DNA of 64,000 nt from an uncultured Rhizobium sp. (GCA_964461905.1 CAYWVI010000001.1:8783-72782), one strand, 5' to 3'. Counted from the stretch's first letter, positions 19,841 through 30,965 are shown. Made by a program: numbers and translations. The notes: a model not told the origin generated them from the letters alone.

Positions 19841-21190
19841 ATGTCACAAAACTGGAAAGCTAACTCTTGGCGAAACTTACCAATAAAACAGCAGCCGATC
19901 TACGAAGATCAAAATTTATTAAAACAAACTGAACAACAACTAAAAAATTTTCCACCACTTGTTTCATTCGATGAAATTGAAAAATTAAAATCAGAATTAG
20001 CTTTGGTAACAGAAGGAAAAGCTTTCTTATTACAAGGTGGCGATTGTGCTGAAAGCTTTGCTGAATTTTCTCACGATAATTTAAAAAATTTCTTTCGTAC
20101 CGTAATGCAAATGACCATCGCGTTAATGCATGGTTTAAATAAGCCAATTGTAAAAGTTGGTAGAATTGCTGGGCAATATGCAAAACCCCGCTCCGACAAT
20201 AGCGAAACAATTGACGGCATAACAATGCCAAGCTATCGCGGCGATATTGTAAACAAAATTGACTTTGAACAAACTGCCAGAATTGCTGATCCTAAACGTT
20301 TAATTGAATCTTATTTTTATTCTGCCGCTTCGCTGAATTACTTAAGATCGCTAGCACTTGGCGGCTATGGAAATTTAGAAAAAGTTAATAAGTGGAATGA
20401 AGAATTTGCTCACAGCTTAGTTAGCAAAGAAAATACCGAAAAAGTTATTGAAGAAGTAAATAAAAATTTACGTTTCATTAAAGCTTGTGGTCTTGATTCT
20501 AGCTCTTTGCCACAATTAACAACTGCCAGCTTTTTTACTTCGCACGAAGCTTTGCTTTTAAATTATGAGGAAGCTTTTATTCGCGAAAATAAAGATAATA
20601 AAAAATTCTACGATTTAAGTGCGCATATGCTGTGGATTGGAGATCGCACACGCAACCCAAATGAAGCTCATGTTGAATTTATGCGTGGCATAAGCAACCC
20701 AATTGCTTTTAAAGTTGGACCTTCAATTTCAAAAGATGATTTACTCAAACTTTTAGAAATTTTAAATCCAAATAATGAAGCTGGTCGAATTACTCTAATT
20801 TCTAGAATGGGTGCCTCAAAAGTTGAACAAACTTTACCACCTTTAGTTGAAGCAGTGAAGTCTTCAGGGCAAAAAGTGATTTGGTCTTGCGATCCAATGC
20901 ATGGCAACACAATCAAATCTTCAAACGGTTATAAAACGCGTAAGTTTGATGATATTTTAAGCGAAATTAAAACCTTCTTTAAAGTTCATAAAGACCTTGG
21001 AACATATGCTGGCGGAGTTCACTTTGAGATGACTGGACAAGATGTGACAGAATGTTTAGGCGGAAATCAGCAAATCACCGAGCTAAATTTACAAGATCGC
21101 TACCATACTCATTGCGACCCAAGATTAAACTCTTCGCAAAGTGTTGAATTAGCATTTATGATTGCTCAAGATTTAGCCTCAATAAAATAA
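19841..21190 (+). CDS. 3-deoxy-7-phosphoheptulonate (DAHP) synthase, class II
   Basis: 449 aa, the class II (plant-like) length and pattern: GGDCAESF, RIAGQYAKPRS, CDPMHGN. Confidence 0.9.
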   Translation: MSQNWKANSWRNLPIKQQPIYEDQNLLKQTEQQLKNFPPLVSFDEIEKLKSELALVTEGKAFLLQGGDCAESFAEFSHDNLKNFFRTVMQMTIALMHGLNKPIVKVGRIAGQYAKPRSDNSETIDGITMPSYRGDIVNKIDFEQTARIADPKRLIESYFYSAASLNYLRSLALGGYGNLEKVNKWNEEFAHSLVSKENTEKVIEEVNKNLRFIKACGLDSSSLPQLTTASFFTSHEALLLNYEEAFIRENKDNKKFYDLSAHMLWIGDRTRNPNEAHVEFMRGISNPIAFKVGPSISKDDLLKLLEILNPNNEAGRITLISRMGASKVEQTLPPLVEAVKSSGQKVIWSCDPMHGNTIKSSNGYKTRKFDDILSEIKTFFKVHKDLGTYAGGVHFEMTGQDVTECLGGNQQITELNLQDRYHTHCDPRLNSSQSVELAFMIAQDLASIK

Positions 21191-21191
21191 A

Positions 21192-22094
21192 ATGACAAAA
21201 AAAACTCACGGTACAATTGCTATTGTTGGAGCTCCAAATGCCGGAAAATCAACACTTACTAATGCAATTTTAGGACAGAAACTTTCGATTGTTTCGCCAA
21301 AAGTTCAAACAACTCGTAATTCTATCAAAGCCATTGCTCTTGAAGATCAAACGCAATTAATCATTATTGATACTCCCGGAATTTTTATTCCGCGTGATGA
21401 TAAAATTCTTGAAAGAGTTATTGTTAAATCTGCTTGGCAAGGTCTTCGTGATTCTGATCACGTCTGTTTTTTAATTGATGCTGCGGTTGGACTAAATCGT
21501 GAAAATTTAAGAATTATTGAAGATTTAAAAAAAGAAAATTTGCCAATCACAATTTTGATTAACAAAACTGATTTGGTCAAAAAAAACACCATTCTTGAAA
21601 TAATGGCTGGAGTTGTTGAGCTTGGTTTTGAAGAGATAATTCCTATTTCTGCTGAAACAAAAGATAATGTAGAAAAAGTTAAGAAACTTCTTTGCGAAAA
21701 ATGTTTAAATCCCGGTTGGATTTATGATGAAGATCAAATCACTGACGCACCAATGCGTTTTATCGCATCAGAAATTACCCGTGAAAAATTATTTCTAAAA
21801 TTAGAACAAGAATTACCCTACAACTTAGCTGTTAAAACAGATTCTTACGAAGTTTTAAACAATGGCGACATAAAAATTTATCAAACAATTTTGGTTACAA
21901 AAGAAAGCCAAAAAAGCATTATTGTAGGCAAAAATGGCTCAATGATAAAGCAAATTGGACAAGAATCTCGCACTGATATTTCTGAAATTGCCAACGCAAA
22001 AATTCATCTTTTTTTATTTGTTAAAGTTCAGAAAAATTGGATGAATGACTCAGAAAATTATGAAAAACTCGATATAGACAAATTGCCAAAATAA
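21192..22094 (+). CDS. era: GTPase Era
   Basis: G1 GAPNAGKST, G3 DTPG, G4 NKTD, and a C-terminal KH domain (VGKNGSMIKQIG). Confidence 0.92.
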   Translation: MTKKTHGTIAIVGAPNAGKSTLTNAILGQKLSIVSPKVQTTRNSIKAIALEDQTQLIIIDTPGIFIPRDDKILERVIVKSAWQGLRDSDHVCFLIDAAVGLNRENLRIIEDLKKENLPITILINKTDLVKKNTILEIMAGVVELGFEEIIPISAETKDNVEKVKKLLCEKCLNPGWIYDEDQITDAPMRFIASEITREKLFLKLEQELPYNLAVKTDSYEVLNNGDIKIYQTILVTKESQKSIIVGKNGSMIKQIGQESRTDISEIANAKIHLFLFVKVQKNWMNDSENYEKLDIDKLPK

Positions 22095-22095
22095 G

Positions 22096-22797
22096 ATGAC
22101 TTCAACAATTGATCCAAAAGAAGTAGAAAAATTCTCACGAATTGCTGATGAGTGGTGGAGCCAAACAGGAAAGTTTAAACCATTACATAAATTCAATCCA
22201 ATTCGTATTGAATTTATCACCCAAGAAATTTCTAAAAAATTTAAAATTAACTCTGATTTAAAAATTTTAGATATTGGTTGTGGTGGCGGATTAATTGCCG
22301 AGCCATTTTCTAAAATGGGAGCAAATGTTACAGCAATTGATGCCTCAGAAAAAAATATTGCCGTTGCTAAGATTCACGCCGAAAAATCTGATCTCAAAAT
22401 TGATTATCGAGTTTTAGCTGCAGAAGATTTAGATGAAAAATTTGATGTAGTGTTTGCTCTTGAAATTATTGAACATGTAGCCGATGTAGAAAAATTTATC
22501 AGCAGTTGTTCAAAATTAGTTAAACCAGATGGACTACTTTTTGTAGCCACAATGAACAAAACATTAAAATCTTTAGCTTTAGCAAAATTTGCCGCAGAAT
22601 ATATTTTACGCTGGCTACCAATTGGAACTCATGATTGGAAAAAATTTCTTAAACCATCCGATCTAAACGAAAAAGCTCTTTCTAACAACTTATTATTACA
22701 AAATCTAACTGGCTTTGATTACAACATCCTAAAAGATGAATGGAGCATAACTAAAAACCTTGATATTAATTATATCGCAACTTTTGTAAAAAATTAA
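22096..22797 (+). CDS. ubiG: bifunctional 3-demethylubiquinol / 2-polyprenyl-6-hydroxyphenol O-methyltransferase
   Basis: SAM-binding motif ILDIGCGGGLIAE and the UbiG-type N-terminus (WW...GKFKPLHKFNPIR). Confidence 0.88.
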   Translation: MTSTIDPKEVEKFSRIADEWWSQTGKFKPLHKFNPIRIEFITQEISKKFKINSDLKILDIGCGGGLIAEPFSKMGANVTAIDASEKNIAVAKIHAEKSDLKIDYRVLAAEDLDEKFDVVFALEIIEHVADVEKFISSCSKLVKPDGLLFVATMNKTLKSLALAKFAAEYILRWLPIGTHDWKKFLKPSDLNEKALSNNLLLQNLTGFDYNILKDEWSITKNLDINYIATFVKN

Positions 22798-22802
22798 TAA
22801 AG

Positions 22803-23912
22803 CTAAAATCTGTAAAGATAGTTCATCAAAACACCAACAATTGATCCAGAGTAACCATCTTCTTTCATGTTTGATCTACTAATATCTAAAGTAAGGCGTT
22901 CTGTAAATTTATATCCAACTGAAAGCTGTGCATGACTAGCCTTTCCTTCTTTTTGTAATCTATGACTACTTGGATCACGAGATAAGTAAGAAAAACTTCC
23001 TGTCCAACTGCTATATTTAAGAATCAAAGCCGCAGTTTTATGAAGTGAATTACGACCTTGCTCTCCATCAATGCTAGTTACTTTTACTATTTCAATGAAT
23101 GGAATAACCGAAGTTTCACCAATTTTATAAAGATATTCTGAACCAAAAACATAACCTTTTTCACGTTGTCTTCCCGGCAATCTATTAACACTCAAGCTTT
23201 TAAAGCCAATATTGTAACTCCAATCTTCAATTTCAAAAAAGTCTTTCCCTTCAAGAGCCACTGAATAAGAATTTAAAGATTTTGTAGAGCCAGCAGAACC
23301 ATCTTTACTACTAGCATATCCTCTATTATCTAAAGCACTTCCACTTAAACCAGTAGTATCATTAAAAAATGAATTAACTGTTATTTTGCTTTTTTCTAAC
23401 AAGGCAGAAAGAGATACACCAATTTTTTCTCTTAGGTTATAATCTTCTGTAAATTGTGATGTAAATACACCCATTCTTTTTTTCTTATCATGAGCAGTTC
23501 CAAACTTTGGATCAAATTTACCTGCTGAAAACTGCATATCTTCATTTTGGAATTGTAGTTTTAATTCTTCAACTAACAGACCATATCCAGATGCTTTAAT
23601 ACCGCGATCTGAATCTAAAAAAGTTCTATACCTTTCTGGATATTCACCATTTCTGGTTGTTAATACATCATTTTGTTGCAATCTCCACTGAGTTTTAACT
23701 GCCCAATTTCTGTCAATATTTAAACCAAAATCTGATTCTACATAACCAAAAGCATTATTGGGTGAAACTCCAGTTTTGGTAGTTGATAAAACTCGATCAG
23801 CACTTAATTGAAATAATGCAGTTCCAGAAATATTAGGATATTGCCCAGCAGCGTATGAATTAGTTAAAATCAAAACAGAAAATAAAACGACTTGTGGTAA
23901 AAATTTATTCAT
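22803..23912 (-). CDS. outer-membrane beta-barrel protein (porin-like), family not recognised
   Basis: Signal peptide (VLILTNSYA-AG), alternating amphipathic strands throughout, and the C-terminal OMP signature ...NYLYRF. Confidence 0.5.
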   Translation of the reverse strand: MNKFLPQVVLFSVLILTNSYAAGQYPNISGTALFQLSADRVLSTTKTGVSPNNAFGYVESDFGLNIDRNWAVKTQWRLQQNDVLTTRNGEYPERYRTFLDSDRGIKASGYGLLVEELKLQFQNEDMQFSAGKFDPKFGTAHDKKKRMGVFTSQFTEDYNLREKIGVSLSALLEKSKITVNSFFNDTTGLSGSALDNRGYASSKDGSAGSTKSLNSYSVALEGKDFFEIEDWSYNIGFKSLSVNRLPGRQREKGYVFGSEYLYKIGETSVIPFIEIVKVTSIDGEQGRNSLHKTAALILKYSSWTGSFSYLSRDPSSHRLQKEGKASHAQLSVGYKFTERLTLDISRSNMKEDGYSGSIVGVLMNYLYRF

Positions 23913-23932
23913 GAATAGCGAAAATTTTATGA

Positions 23933-25744
23933 TTATTTTGGTAGAATAACGGTAACTGTACTTCCAACGTTAAGTTCACTTTCTATTTGAAACTCACCGC
24001 CGTGTAATTCAATAAAATGTTTTGTTAAATAAATACCTATTCCTGTTCCTGCAACAGCTAATGTATTTTTAGCACGGAAAAATTTTTGACCAATATGAGC
24101 TAAATCTTCTTTTGGAATTCCAATTCCTTGATCAATAACACGCAATGCAATCTTTGTTGGACTAGCTTTGGCTAAAATTTTTACAGTTGTAGAATCTTTA
24201 GAATATTTTATAGCGTTAGAAATTATGTTTGTTACCGAGTGATCCAAAAGTTTTTGATCTCCATTAAATTCTGTTGGTAGCTCATCAATTCTGGTAATAA
24301 TTTTAATTTGTTTATTAACCGCCAGATTAGAATTTTTTTCAATTACGTCTAAAACAAAAGCTTTAAGATCAAAAATCTGTTTTTCGACTTTAATTTTTCC
24401 ATCACCGCTTTCCATCTTAGCAAGATTTAAAGTACTGTGAATTAAACCGTTCATTCTCTGAATTCCGACTTTAATTCGATCAAAACCCTTTGTTAATGCA
24501 TCATCTTCTACTCCAAGATTTTTAATTTTTCTTGTTAGTAATTCTCTAGTTCCATCAATAATTTGTAGAGGAGTTTTAAATTCATGAGAAACTAACGCCA
24601 CAAATTCATTTTGCATTTGTCTCATTTCTTGCTCATGCTTTAAAGCCTCTTTAAGCTGTAAAGTTTTTTCTATTAAAGCGTGATTTGAAATCATTACACG
24701 CTCAATTGACTTAGAACGATCAAGAGCGATAGAAAATTGATTTGCAACCATTTCGATTAATTCTACCTCATCAGCAAGCCAATTTCTTTTACTTGATTGA
24801 TGAATATAAATTCCGCCATTTATTTTTTCGTTAAATGTTGTTGTAACGGCAATTTGTGATACAACGCCAAATTTTCTGCAAAGATCTTGAACATCAGAAA
24901 AATTTCGATCCGATAAAACATCTTCTGCAATTGTTAGAGAAGTTTTTTTATCTGCTTTTCCGAACTTTATAAAAAACCTATTTTGGAAATTTATATAATC
25001 AGACATTATTTTTAATGCCTGAGGATCATTTTTATCTTTTAGAATTTTTGCCGCATATTTATCGCAATACTCAACCACAAAACTTGCAGCTCCTTCATCA
25101 TAATCATGCATTACACATCTATCGACCTTAAGATGTTCACATAATATTTTTGCTGTCTCTTTTGCAATTTCTCTAATCTCTAAATCAGAAATTATTAAAC
25201 CACCAACTTGGCGCAATAAACGTTCATTACGCAAAGTTCTCTCGAGATTTTTCATTAAACTCTGATTCGCTGACTTAGCTTCTTTTTTAAGATTATCATT
25301 ATCAGAGAATTCAGAATCTATTTTTGTAAAAGCAAGCGTGGCGTATTTTCCACTATCACCTTCAGAATTTACTATTGGGTTAAAATCAACTTTTAGCCTA
25401 TATCCACTATCATCTGAGGTTGAAATAATAACTGAACAAGAGTGAAAATCTTTTACTGATTTTATTAAACGAACATACTCCATATGATCTTCTGAGGAGT
25501 AATCAAAATCTAAATTGGTAAATAAAAAATCATAATTTTTGCCAATCAAGTTGTGCATAGGTATACCAAATACCTCAGAAAAATTTTTATTTGCAAAAAT
25601 TACTGAAAAATAATTCGGATTATTTTGCTTGGCAGCACATAAAATTAAAGCTTCGGACTTTTCTTCCAAAGATTTTTTTAAACTATCCAGTGAATCAATT
25701 TCTTCTTTCACGTTATTTTCTTTCATTAAAAGCTGTTTTGACAT
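23933..25744 (-). CDS. cytoplasmic PAS/GAF sensor histidine kinase
   Basis: H-box SHEFKTPLQ, N-box NAIKYS, G1 DQGIGIP, G2 GTGIGIY. PAS-like and GAF-like regions lie upstream. No TM segment, and no response regulator next to it. Confidence 0.85.
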   Translation of the reverse strand: MSKQLLMKENNVKEEIDSLDSLKKSLEEKSEALILCAAKQNNPNYFSVIFANKNFSEVFGIPMHNLIGKNYDFLFTNLDFDYSSEDHMEYVRLIKSVKDFHSCSVIISTSDDSGYRLKVDFNPIVNSEGDSGKYATLAFTKIDSEFSDNDNLKKEAKSANQSLMKNLERTLRNERLLRQVGGLIISDLEIREIAKETAKILCEHLKVDRCVMHDYDEGAASFVVEYCDKYAAKILKDKNDPQALKIMSDYINFQNRFFIKFGKADKKTSLTIAEDVLSDRNFSDVQDLCRKFGVVSQIAVTTTFNEKINGGIYIHQSSKRNWLADEVELIEMVANQFSIALDRSKSIERVMISNHALIEKTLQLKEALKHEQEMRQMQNEFVALVSHEFKTPLQIIDGTRELLTRKIKNLGVEDDALTKGFDRIKVGIQRMNGLIHSTLNLAKMESGDGKIKVEKQIFDLKAFVLDVIEKNSNLAVNKQIKIITRIDELPTEFNGDQKLLDHSVTNIISNAIKYSKDSTTVKILAKASPTKIALRVIDQGIGIPKEDLAHIGQKFFRAKNTLAVAGTGIGIYLTKHFIELHGGEFQIESELNVGSTVTVILPK

Positions 25745-25862
25745 TGATTTACCTAAAAATATTTAAGCATAACTTTCTAAAGCATTATGTAAGTCAAACT
25801 TGATCTAGATTAGAATAAATCAATGCTTTTATCAAAACCGTCTCAGAATTAAATATCTTTGT

Positions 25863-28430
25863 TCAAAGCAAGATTATTCCCCTAGCCTTATCATAACTAA
25901 CCTTAACTAACTGACCTTCAATAATTTCGCCCTTTAATATTTTTTCTGCCAACAAATTTTCAATCTCACGTTGTATAACTCTTTTTAAAGGACGCGCACC
26001 ATAATTTGGATCAAAACCACTTTCAGCCAAGTAATCAGATGCAGATTTATCAAGTTTTAAATGAATATTTTTTATCTCTAATCTTTTTGCCAGCCTTGCA
26101 AATTGCACTTCCACAATATTGGCAATATTTTTGCGGCTAAGTTTATTAAATAAAATAATTTCGTCTAAACGGTTCAAAAATTCTGGACGAAAATGTTCGC
26201 GAACTACATTCATTACCGGCTCAAAAACAGAATCACTTTTTTTATTTTCTGGCAAATCCACCAAAAATTTTGAACCTAAATTCGAAGTTAAAATTATTAT
26301 TGTGTTGGTAAAATTAACAACGTGACCTTGCGAATCTGTAAGTCTTCCATCATCTAAAACTTGCAGCAAAATGTTAAAAACATCTTGGTGAGCTTTTTCA
26401 ACTTCATCAAATAAAATCACTTGATAAGGACGACGACGCACAGCTTCTGTTAAAACACCACCTTGCTCAAAACCAACATATCCCGGAGGAGCACCAATTA
26501 AACGTGCCACCGAATGTTTTTCCATAAATTCACTCATATCAATTCTAAGCATTGCTGATTCATCATCAAAAATAAATTCTGCCAATGCTTTTGAAACCTC
26601 AGTTTTACCAACTCCTGTTGGACCTAAAAATAAGAATGAACCAATTGGGCGGTTAGAATCTTGCAAACCCGCGCGTGATCTACGCACTGCGTTTGAAATT
26701 GCTTTTAAAGCTTCATCTTGACCAACAACTCTTTGGCGCAACAAATCTTCCATTTTTAACAATTTTTCTTTTTCACCTGATAAAATTTTATCAAGTGGAA
26801 TTCCCGTCACTTTAGAGATAATTGCCGCAATATCATCTTCTGAAACTTCTTCACGCACTAAATTAGCCGAAACAGAAAGCTCAATTGTTGATAGTTCTTT
26901 TTGTAATTCAGGAATTTTTCCGTAAGTCAATTCACCAGCTTTGGCTAAATTTCCTTCACGTTGTGCTTTTTCTAATTCAAATTTTGCTTGCTCAATTTTT
27001 GCTTTTATCTCATTTACTTTGTTGCGCTTCATTTTCTCTGCTTCCCACAGAGAAGTCATCTCAGCAGATTTTTTTTCTAAATTCTTTAGTTCTAAATTGA
27101 TCTTTTCCAAACGTTCTTTTGACGATTTATCATCTTCTTTTTTTAATGCTTCTGCTTCAATTTTCAGCTGTAAAACTTTGCGATCAATTTCATCAAGTGT
27201 TGTTGGTTTTGAATCAAGCTCAATTTTCAAAGAACTTGCCGCTTCATCAATTAAATCAATGGCTTTATCTGGCAAAAATCTGTCAGTAATATAGCGATCA
27301 GACAAGGTTGCAGCGGCAACTAAAGCTGAATCTTTAATTTTTATGCCATGATGAACTTCATATTTTTCTTTGATTCCACGCAAAATTGAGATTGTATCCA
27401 AAACGCTTGGTTCTTCAGTATATACTGGTTGAAAACGTCGTGCCAAAGCTGCATCTTTTTCAATATATTGACGATATTCATCAAGAGTTGTTGCACCAAT
27501 GCAATGAAGGGTTCCTCGGGCTAAGGCTGGTTTTAGTAAATTTGAAGCATCCATTGCACCATCAGTTTTTCCTGCGCCAACAAGCAAATGAAGTTCATCA
27601 ATAAAAAGCACGATATTGTCGTTATTTTCCACTTCAGATAAAACTGCTTTTAATCGTTCTTCAAACTCACCACGAAATTTTGCACCAGCAATTAACGCGC
27701 CTAAATCAAGTGACATAAGGCTTTTTCCTTGCAAACTTTCTGGCACATCGCCATTAACAATTCTTTGAGCTAAACCTTCAACAATCGCGGTTTTTCCAAC
27801 TCCGGGTTGACCAATTAAAACTGGATTATTTTTAGTTCGGCGAGATAAAACTTGCATTGCACGACGAATTTCTTCATCACGTCCAATCACTGGATCAATT
27901 TTTCCTTCACGAGCTTTTTTAGTTAAATCTTGAGCATATTTTGATAAAGCTTGGTAGGTGCTTTCTGCTGAAGCAGAATCTGCTTTTTTACCAGAACGAA
28001 TTTTTTGAATTGCCGTACGAAGAGCTTGAACAGTAACTCCGCAAACTTTTAAAGCTTGGGCTGCGGCATTTTTTTCATCTTCTAAAATTGCCTGCAATAA
28101 GCGTTCAATTGTTACAAATTGATCAGAATTTTGATCGGCAATTTTTTCTGCCAACATCAAAACACGAGCTAATTCTTGTGACATTGATGGCGAAGAATTA
28201 GCACCTTCAACAACGGGAATTTTATTTAAAATTTGAGTTACTTCAGCGTTTAAAATTTCAATATTTCCATCGCAAAGAGTTATGAGTTTTTGCGTTAAAC
28301 CATCTTGATCATCAAGCATTGATGCCAATAAATGTTCTGGTAGTAATTTTTGATGCCCTCGCCCCAAAGCAAGCGTTTGAGCAGATTGTAAGGTGTTTTG
28401 TGTTTTTTCTGTATAGCGTTCTATTTTCAT
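25863..28430 (-). CDS. clpB: ATP-dependent chaperone ClpB
   Basis: Two AAA+ modules ([18 protein letters not shown]) separated by a long coiled-coil M-domain. Start moved to ATG 28430 ([11 protein letters not shown]). Confidence 0.93.
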   Translation of the reverse strand: MKIERYTEKTQNTLQSAQTLALGRGHQKLLPEHLLASMLDDQDGLTQKLITLCDGNIEILNAEVTQILNKIPVVEGANSSPSMSQELARVLMLAEKIADQNSDQFVTIERLLQAILEDEKNAAAQALKVCGVTVQALRTAIQKIRSGKKADSASAESTYQALSKYAQDLTKKAREGKIDPVIGRDEEIRRAMQVLSRRTKNNPVLIGQPGVGKTAIVEGLAQRIVNGDVPESLQGKSLMSLDLGALIAGAKFRGEFEERLKAVLSEVENNDNIVLFIDELHLLVGAGKTDGAMDASNLLKPALARGTLHCIGATTLDEYRQYIEKDAALARRFQPVYTEEPSVLDTISILRGIKEKYEVHHGIKIKDSALVAAATLSDRYITDRFLPDKAIDLIDEAASSLKIELDSKPTTLDEIDRKVLQLKIEAEALKKEDDKSSKERLEKINLELKNLEKKSAEMTSLWEAEKMKRNKVNEIKAKIEQAKFELEKAQREGNLAKAGELTYGKIPELQKELSTIELSVSANLVREEVSEDDIAAIISKVTGIPLDKILSGEKEKLLKMEDLLRQRVVGQDEALKAISNAVRRSRAGLQDSNRPIGSFLFLGPTGVGKTEVSKALAEFIFDDESAMLRIDMSEFMEKHSVARLIGAPPGYVGFEQGGVLTEAVRRRPYQVILFDEVEKAHQDVFNILLQVLDDGRLTDSQGHVVNFTNTIIILTSNLGSKFLVDLPENKKSDSVFEPVMNVVREHFRPEFLNRLDEIILFNKLSRKNIANIVEVQFARLAKRLEIKNIHLKLDKSASDYLAESGFDPNYGARPLKRVIQREIENLLAEKILKGEIIEGQLVKVSYDKARGIILL

Positions 28431-28477
28431 AATTCTCTTAATTTTATTGAAGAAAAATAACCACAATCAACTAAGGT

Positions 28478-28999
28478 TTATTTTAACTTCTTCAAGAGTA
28501 ACGGCTCAATTTCTTCAACAGTTTTTATAAAAAAATCACGATTAAACAAGTCACGATGCGGGATTTGCAGATTGTCACCAAGATCAATTTTCAAATCTTG
28601 TATTAGCAAAATATCAATATCAATTTCACGCGGTGCCCATTTTCCACGATCTTTTCTACCAATATTTTTTTCTATTTCTTTGATTATTTGTAGAATTTTT
28701 TGGGGCGGAAATTTTTGCAGATCAATGTCGGCTGCAAAAGCAATATTAAAAAATTCTACATCCCATTCTGGTGGTGAATTTGGCAAAAGTAGTGCGGGAT
28801 TTTTAAAGATTTTTGATATTTTAGTATCAGTTAAAAATAATTGATTTGTAAGTTCTAACTCTGCTTTTTCTAAATAAACATTACGATCACCAACGTTTGA
28901 ACCAATTCCAAAAACAATGCGTTTCTTTTTTTGTTGTATTTTAACCAATTGGTTGAGAGATGCGCGAACTTTTAGCTGCGCCAGAATTTTCATTAACAA
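28478..28999 (-). CDS. folK: 2-amino-4-hydroxy-6-hydroxymethyldihydropteridine diphosphokinase
   Basis: GSNVGDR near the N-terminus, REIDIDILL, and IPHRDLFNRDFF. The true start is uncertain: ATG 28999 or 28993, or a TTG near 28948 that would just overlap the upstream stop. Confidence 0.8.
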   Translation of the reverse strand: MLMKILAQLKVRASLNQLVKIQQKKKRIVFGIGSNVGDRNVYLEKAELELTNQLFLTDTKISKIFKNPALLLPNSPPEWDVEFFNIAFAADIDLQKFPPQKILQIIKEIEKNIGRKDRGKWAPREIDIDILLIQDLKIDLGDNLQIPHRDLFNRDFFIKTVEEIEPLLLKKLK

Positions 29000-29771
29000 C
29001 TTTCTGTAGAATTTTAATTTGATAATTTTGCTCTAAGTCTTGAGCATCTAAAACAATATTATTTAAACAATCAGATAAATTAGTTTTTTGATGTTCGCTT
29101 AAATTTTTAGCAAGATTGCTAAATAACGTTTCAATTAACTTTTCGCTATTTTTAGTTAGATCAACTATTTGAGAAATAAAATTTCTAAATGCTGTTTGCT
29201 CAGTAATTTCACTTGAACGCATTGAAATAATAACACGATCTAACTGTTCATCTTTAGACTTATTACAATTCATAACTGCAAGTAAAATTGCTTTTTCTGT
29301 TGTGTTGATTCTTTCATCTCCATCCCAAATATTTTCAGGAGTTTTTGAAGAAATTTTATTAATTTTAGCAATAACTCGAAGAAACTTTTCCTGCAAAAGC
29401 ATATGACCACTCTCTTGCAAACCACTACTTAAATTTGTTAGATTTACAGCTCCAATTTTCATTGATGGAGTTGGTTTGCAAGTAGCATTGTAAATAAAAC
29501 TAGCAAAATTTTTTGGTAAAAATTTTGTGATTCTTTTTAATCTTTTTTTATCACCATAAATAACTTCTACTTCTTGATAATTTTCTGTCTCTTTAATGAT
29601 ATTAATTTCAAGACGATTTTGATTATTTTCTTTTTGCCTTAAAGCATTATCTTCTTCTTTCGAATTAGAAACATCTTTTGAATCAAGAGAAAAAGGATTA
29701 TTCAAATTAGGTTTTTGTAGCTGATTTTTCTTTATTTCTAAGTCCATCTGTAAGTTAATTTTGTTATACAA
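28941..29771 (-). CDS. hypothetical protein (about 270 aa, no recognisable domain)
   Basis: Long ORF with the same codon style as its neighbours, an Asn/Lys/Glu-rich N-terminus, and no TM segment or signal peptide. Start is TTG 29771 or ATG 29747. Confidence 0.5.
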   Translation of the reverse strand: MYNKINLQMDLEIKKNQLQKPNLNNPFSLDSKDVSNSKEEDNALRQKENNQNRLEINIIKETENYQEVEVIYGDKKRLKRITKFLPKNFASFIYNATCKPTPSMKIGAVNLTNLSSGLQESGHMLLQEKFLRVIAKINKISSKTPENIWDGDERINTTEKAILLAVMNCNKSKDEQLDRVIISMRSSEITEQTAFRNFISQIVDLTKNSEKLIETLFSNLAKNLSEHQKTNLSDCLNNIVLDAQDLEQNYQIKILQKVVNENSGAAKSSRISQPIG

Positions 29772-29867
29772 AATAGTAACAAAAACAAAATTACTTAGAA
29801 CTTAAAAATCCCACCATTTCTTTAAAAAAGACTGCAAAACCTATTTCTTATTTCAAAATAAGAAATT

Positions 29868-30965
29868 TTAGACATTAAACCTAAAATGAAAAACATCGCC
29901 ATCTTGCGTTATATAATCTTTTCCTTCTAAACGTAATTTACCCGCGGCTTTTGCTCCTTCTTCTCCGCCAAGATTTACATAATCTTCATAAGAAATTGTT
30001 TCTGCGCGAATAAAACCTTTTTCAAAATCAGTATGAATAACACCAGCAGCTTTTGGTGCGGTTGAATCTTTTTTCAATGTCCAAGCGTGACATTCTTTTG
30101 GCCCAACTGTAAAAAAAGTGATTAGATTTAAAAGCTTGTAGGAGCCTTTAATAATTTGCGCCAAACCAGTTTCTGCTAAACCAACTGATTCTAAATATTC
30201 TTTTTTCTCTTCTTCGCTTTCAAGCCCAGCAATTTCAGACTCAACTTGTGCGCAAATTTTTAAAACTTGATAAGAATTTTCCTGACCAAATTTTTCCACC
30301 ATTTCAGAAAACTTATTTCCCTTCAGTTCGTGTTCTTTTAGGTTACAAACAAATAATTGTGGTTTTGAAGTTATAAGCTGTAGTTCTTTTAAAATTTTTT
30401 CTTCTTCATGAGAATTTAATTTTACCAAACGCGCTGCTTTTCCTGCTTTTAAAATTTCTAAAACTTTTTTCGATACTTCAACTTGCGCTGCTGAATCTTT
30501 GTCTGTGCGTGCTTTTTTTTCTAAAGCTGGTAATCTTTTTTCTAAACTTTCCATGTCCGCAATAATCAGCTCTAGCTGAATTAATTCAATATCACGAATT
30601 GGATCAACACCACCTTCAACGTGAGTTATATTTTCATCTTCAAAACAACGAACAACATTAATTATCGCATCAACTTCACGAATATGTGACAAAAATTTAT
30701 TGCCCAAACCCTCACCCGTACTTGCTCCACGAACTAATCCTGCAATATCAACAAACTCAATTTGCGTTGGAATTATCAAAGCAGAACCAGCAATTTTTGT
30801 TAATTTTTCTAAACGAAAATCTGGCACATTTACTTTGCCAATATTTGGTTCAATTGTACAAAAAGGATAATTTGCAGCTTGAGCCGCAGCAGTTTGAGTT
30901 AAAGCATTAAACAAGGTTGATTTGCCAACATTTGGTAAACCAACAATTCCACATTGAAGAGACAT
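29868..30965 (-). CDS. ychF: redox-regulated ATPase YchF
   Basis: N-terminus GIVGLPNVGKSTLFNALT, 365 aa, with a TGS-like C-terminus. Confidence 0.93.
   Translation of the reverse strand: MSLQCGIVGLPNVGKSTLFNALTQTAAAQAANYPFCTIEPNIGKVNVPDFRLEKLTKIAGSALIIPTQIEFVDIAGLVRGASTGEGLGNKFLSHIREVDAIINVVRCFEDENITHVEGGVDPIRDIELIQLELIIADMESLEKRLPALEKKARTDKDSAAQVEVSKKVLEILKAGKAARLVKLNSHEEEKILKELQLITSKPQLFVCNLKEHELKGNKFSEMVEKFGQENSYQVLKICAQVESEIAGLESEEEKKEYLESVGLAETGLAQIIKGSYKLLNLITFFTVGPKECHAWTLKKDSTAPKAAGVIHTDFEKGFIRAETISYEDYVNLGGEEGAKAAGKLRLEGKDYITQDGDVFHFRFNV

Noticed and set aside
26941-27294. 117-aa antisense ORF inside clpB; similar antisense ORFs lie inside topA, cstA, proA and the PopZ-like gene
   Set aside because: They lie opposite highly conserved housekeeping genes. 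Ser/Phe-rich mirror translations are typical of the antisense strand of Lys/Glu-rich coding DNA.
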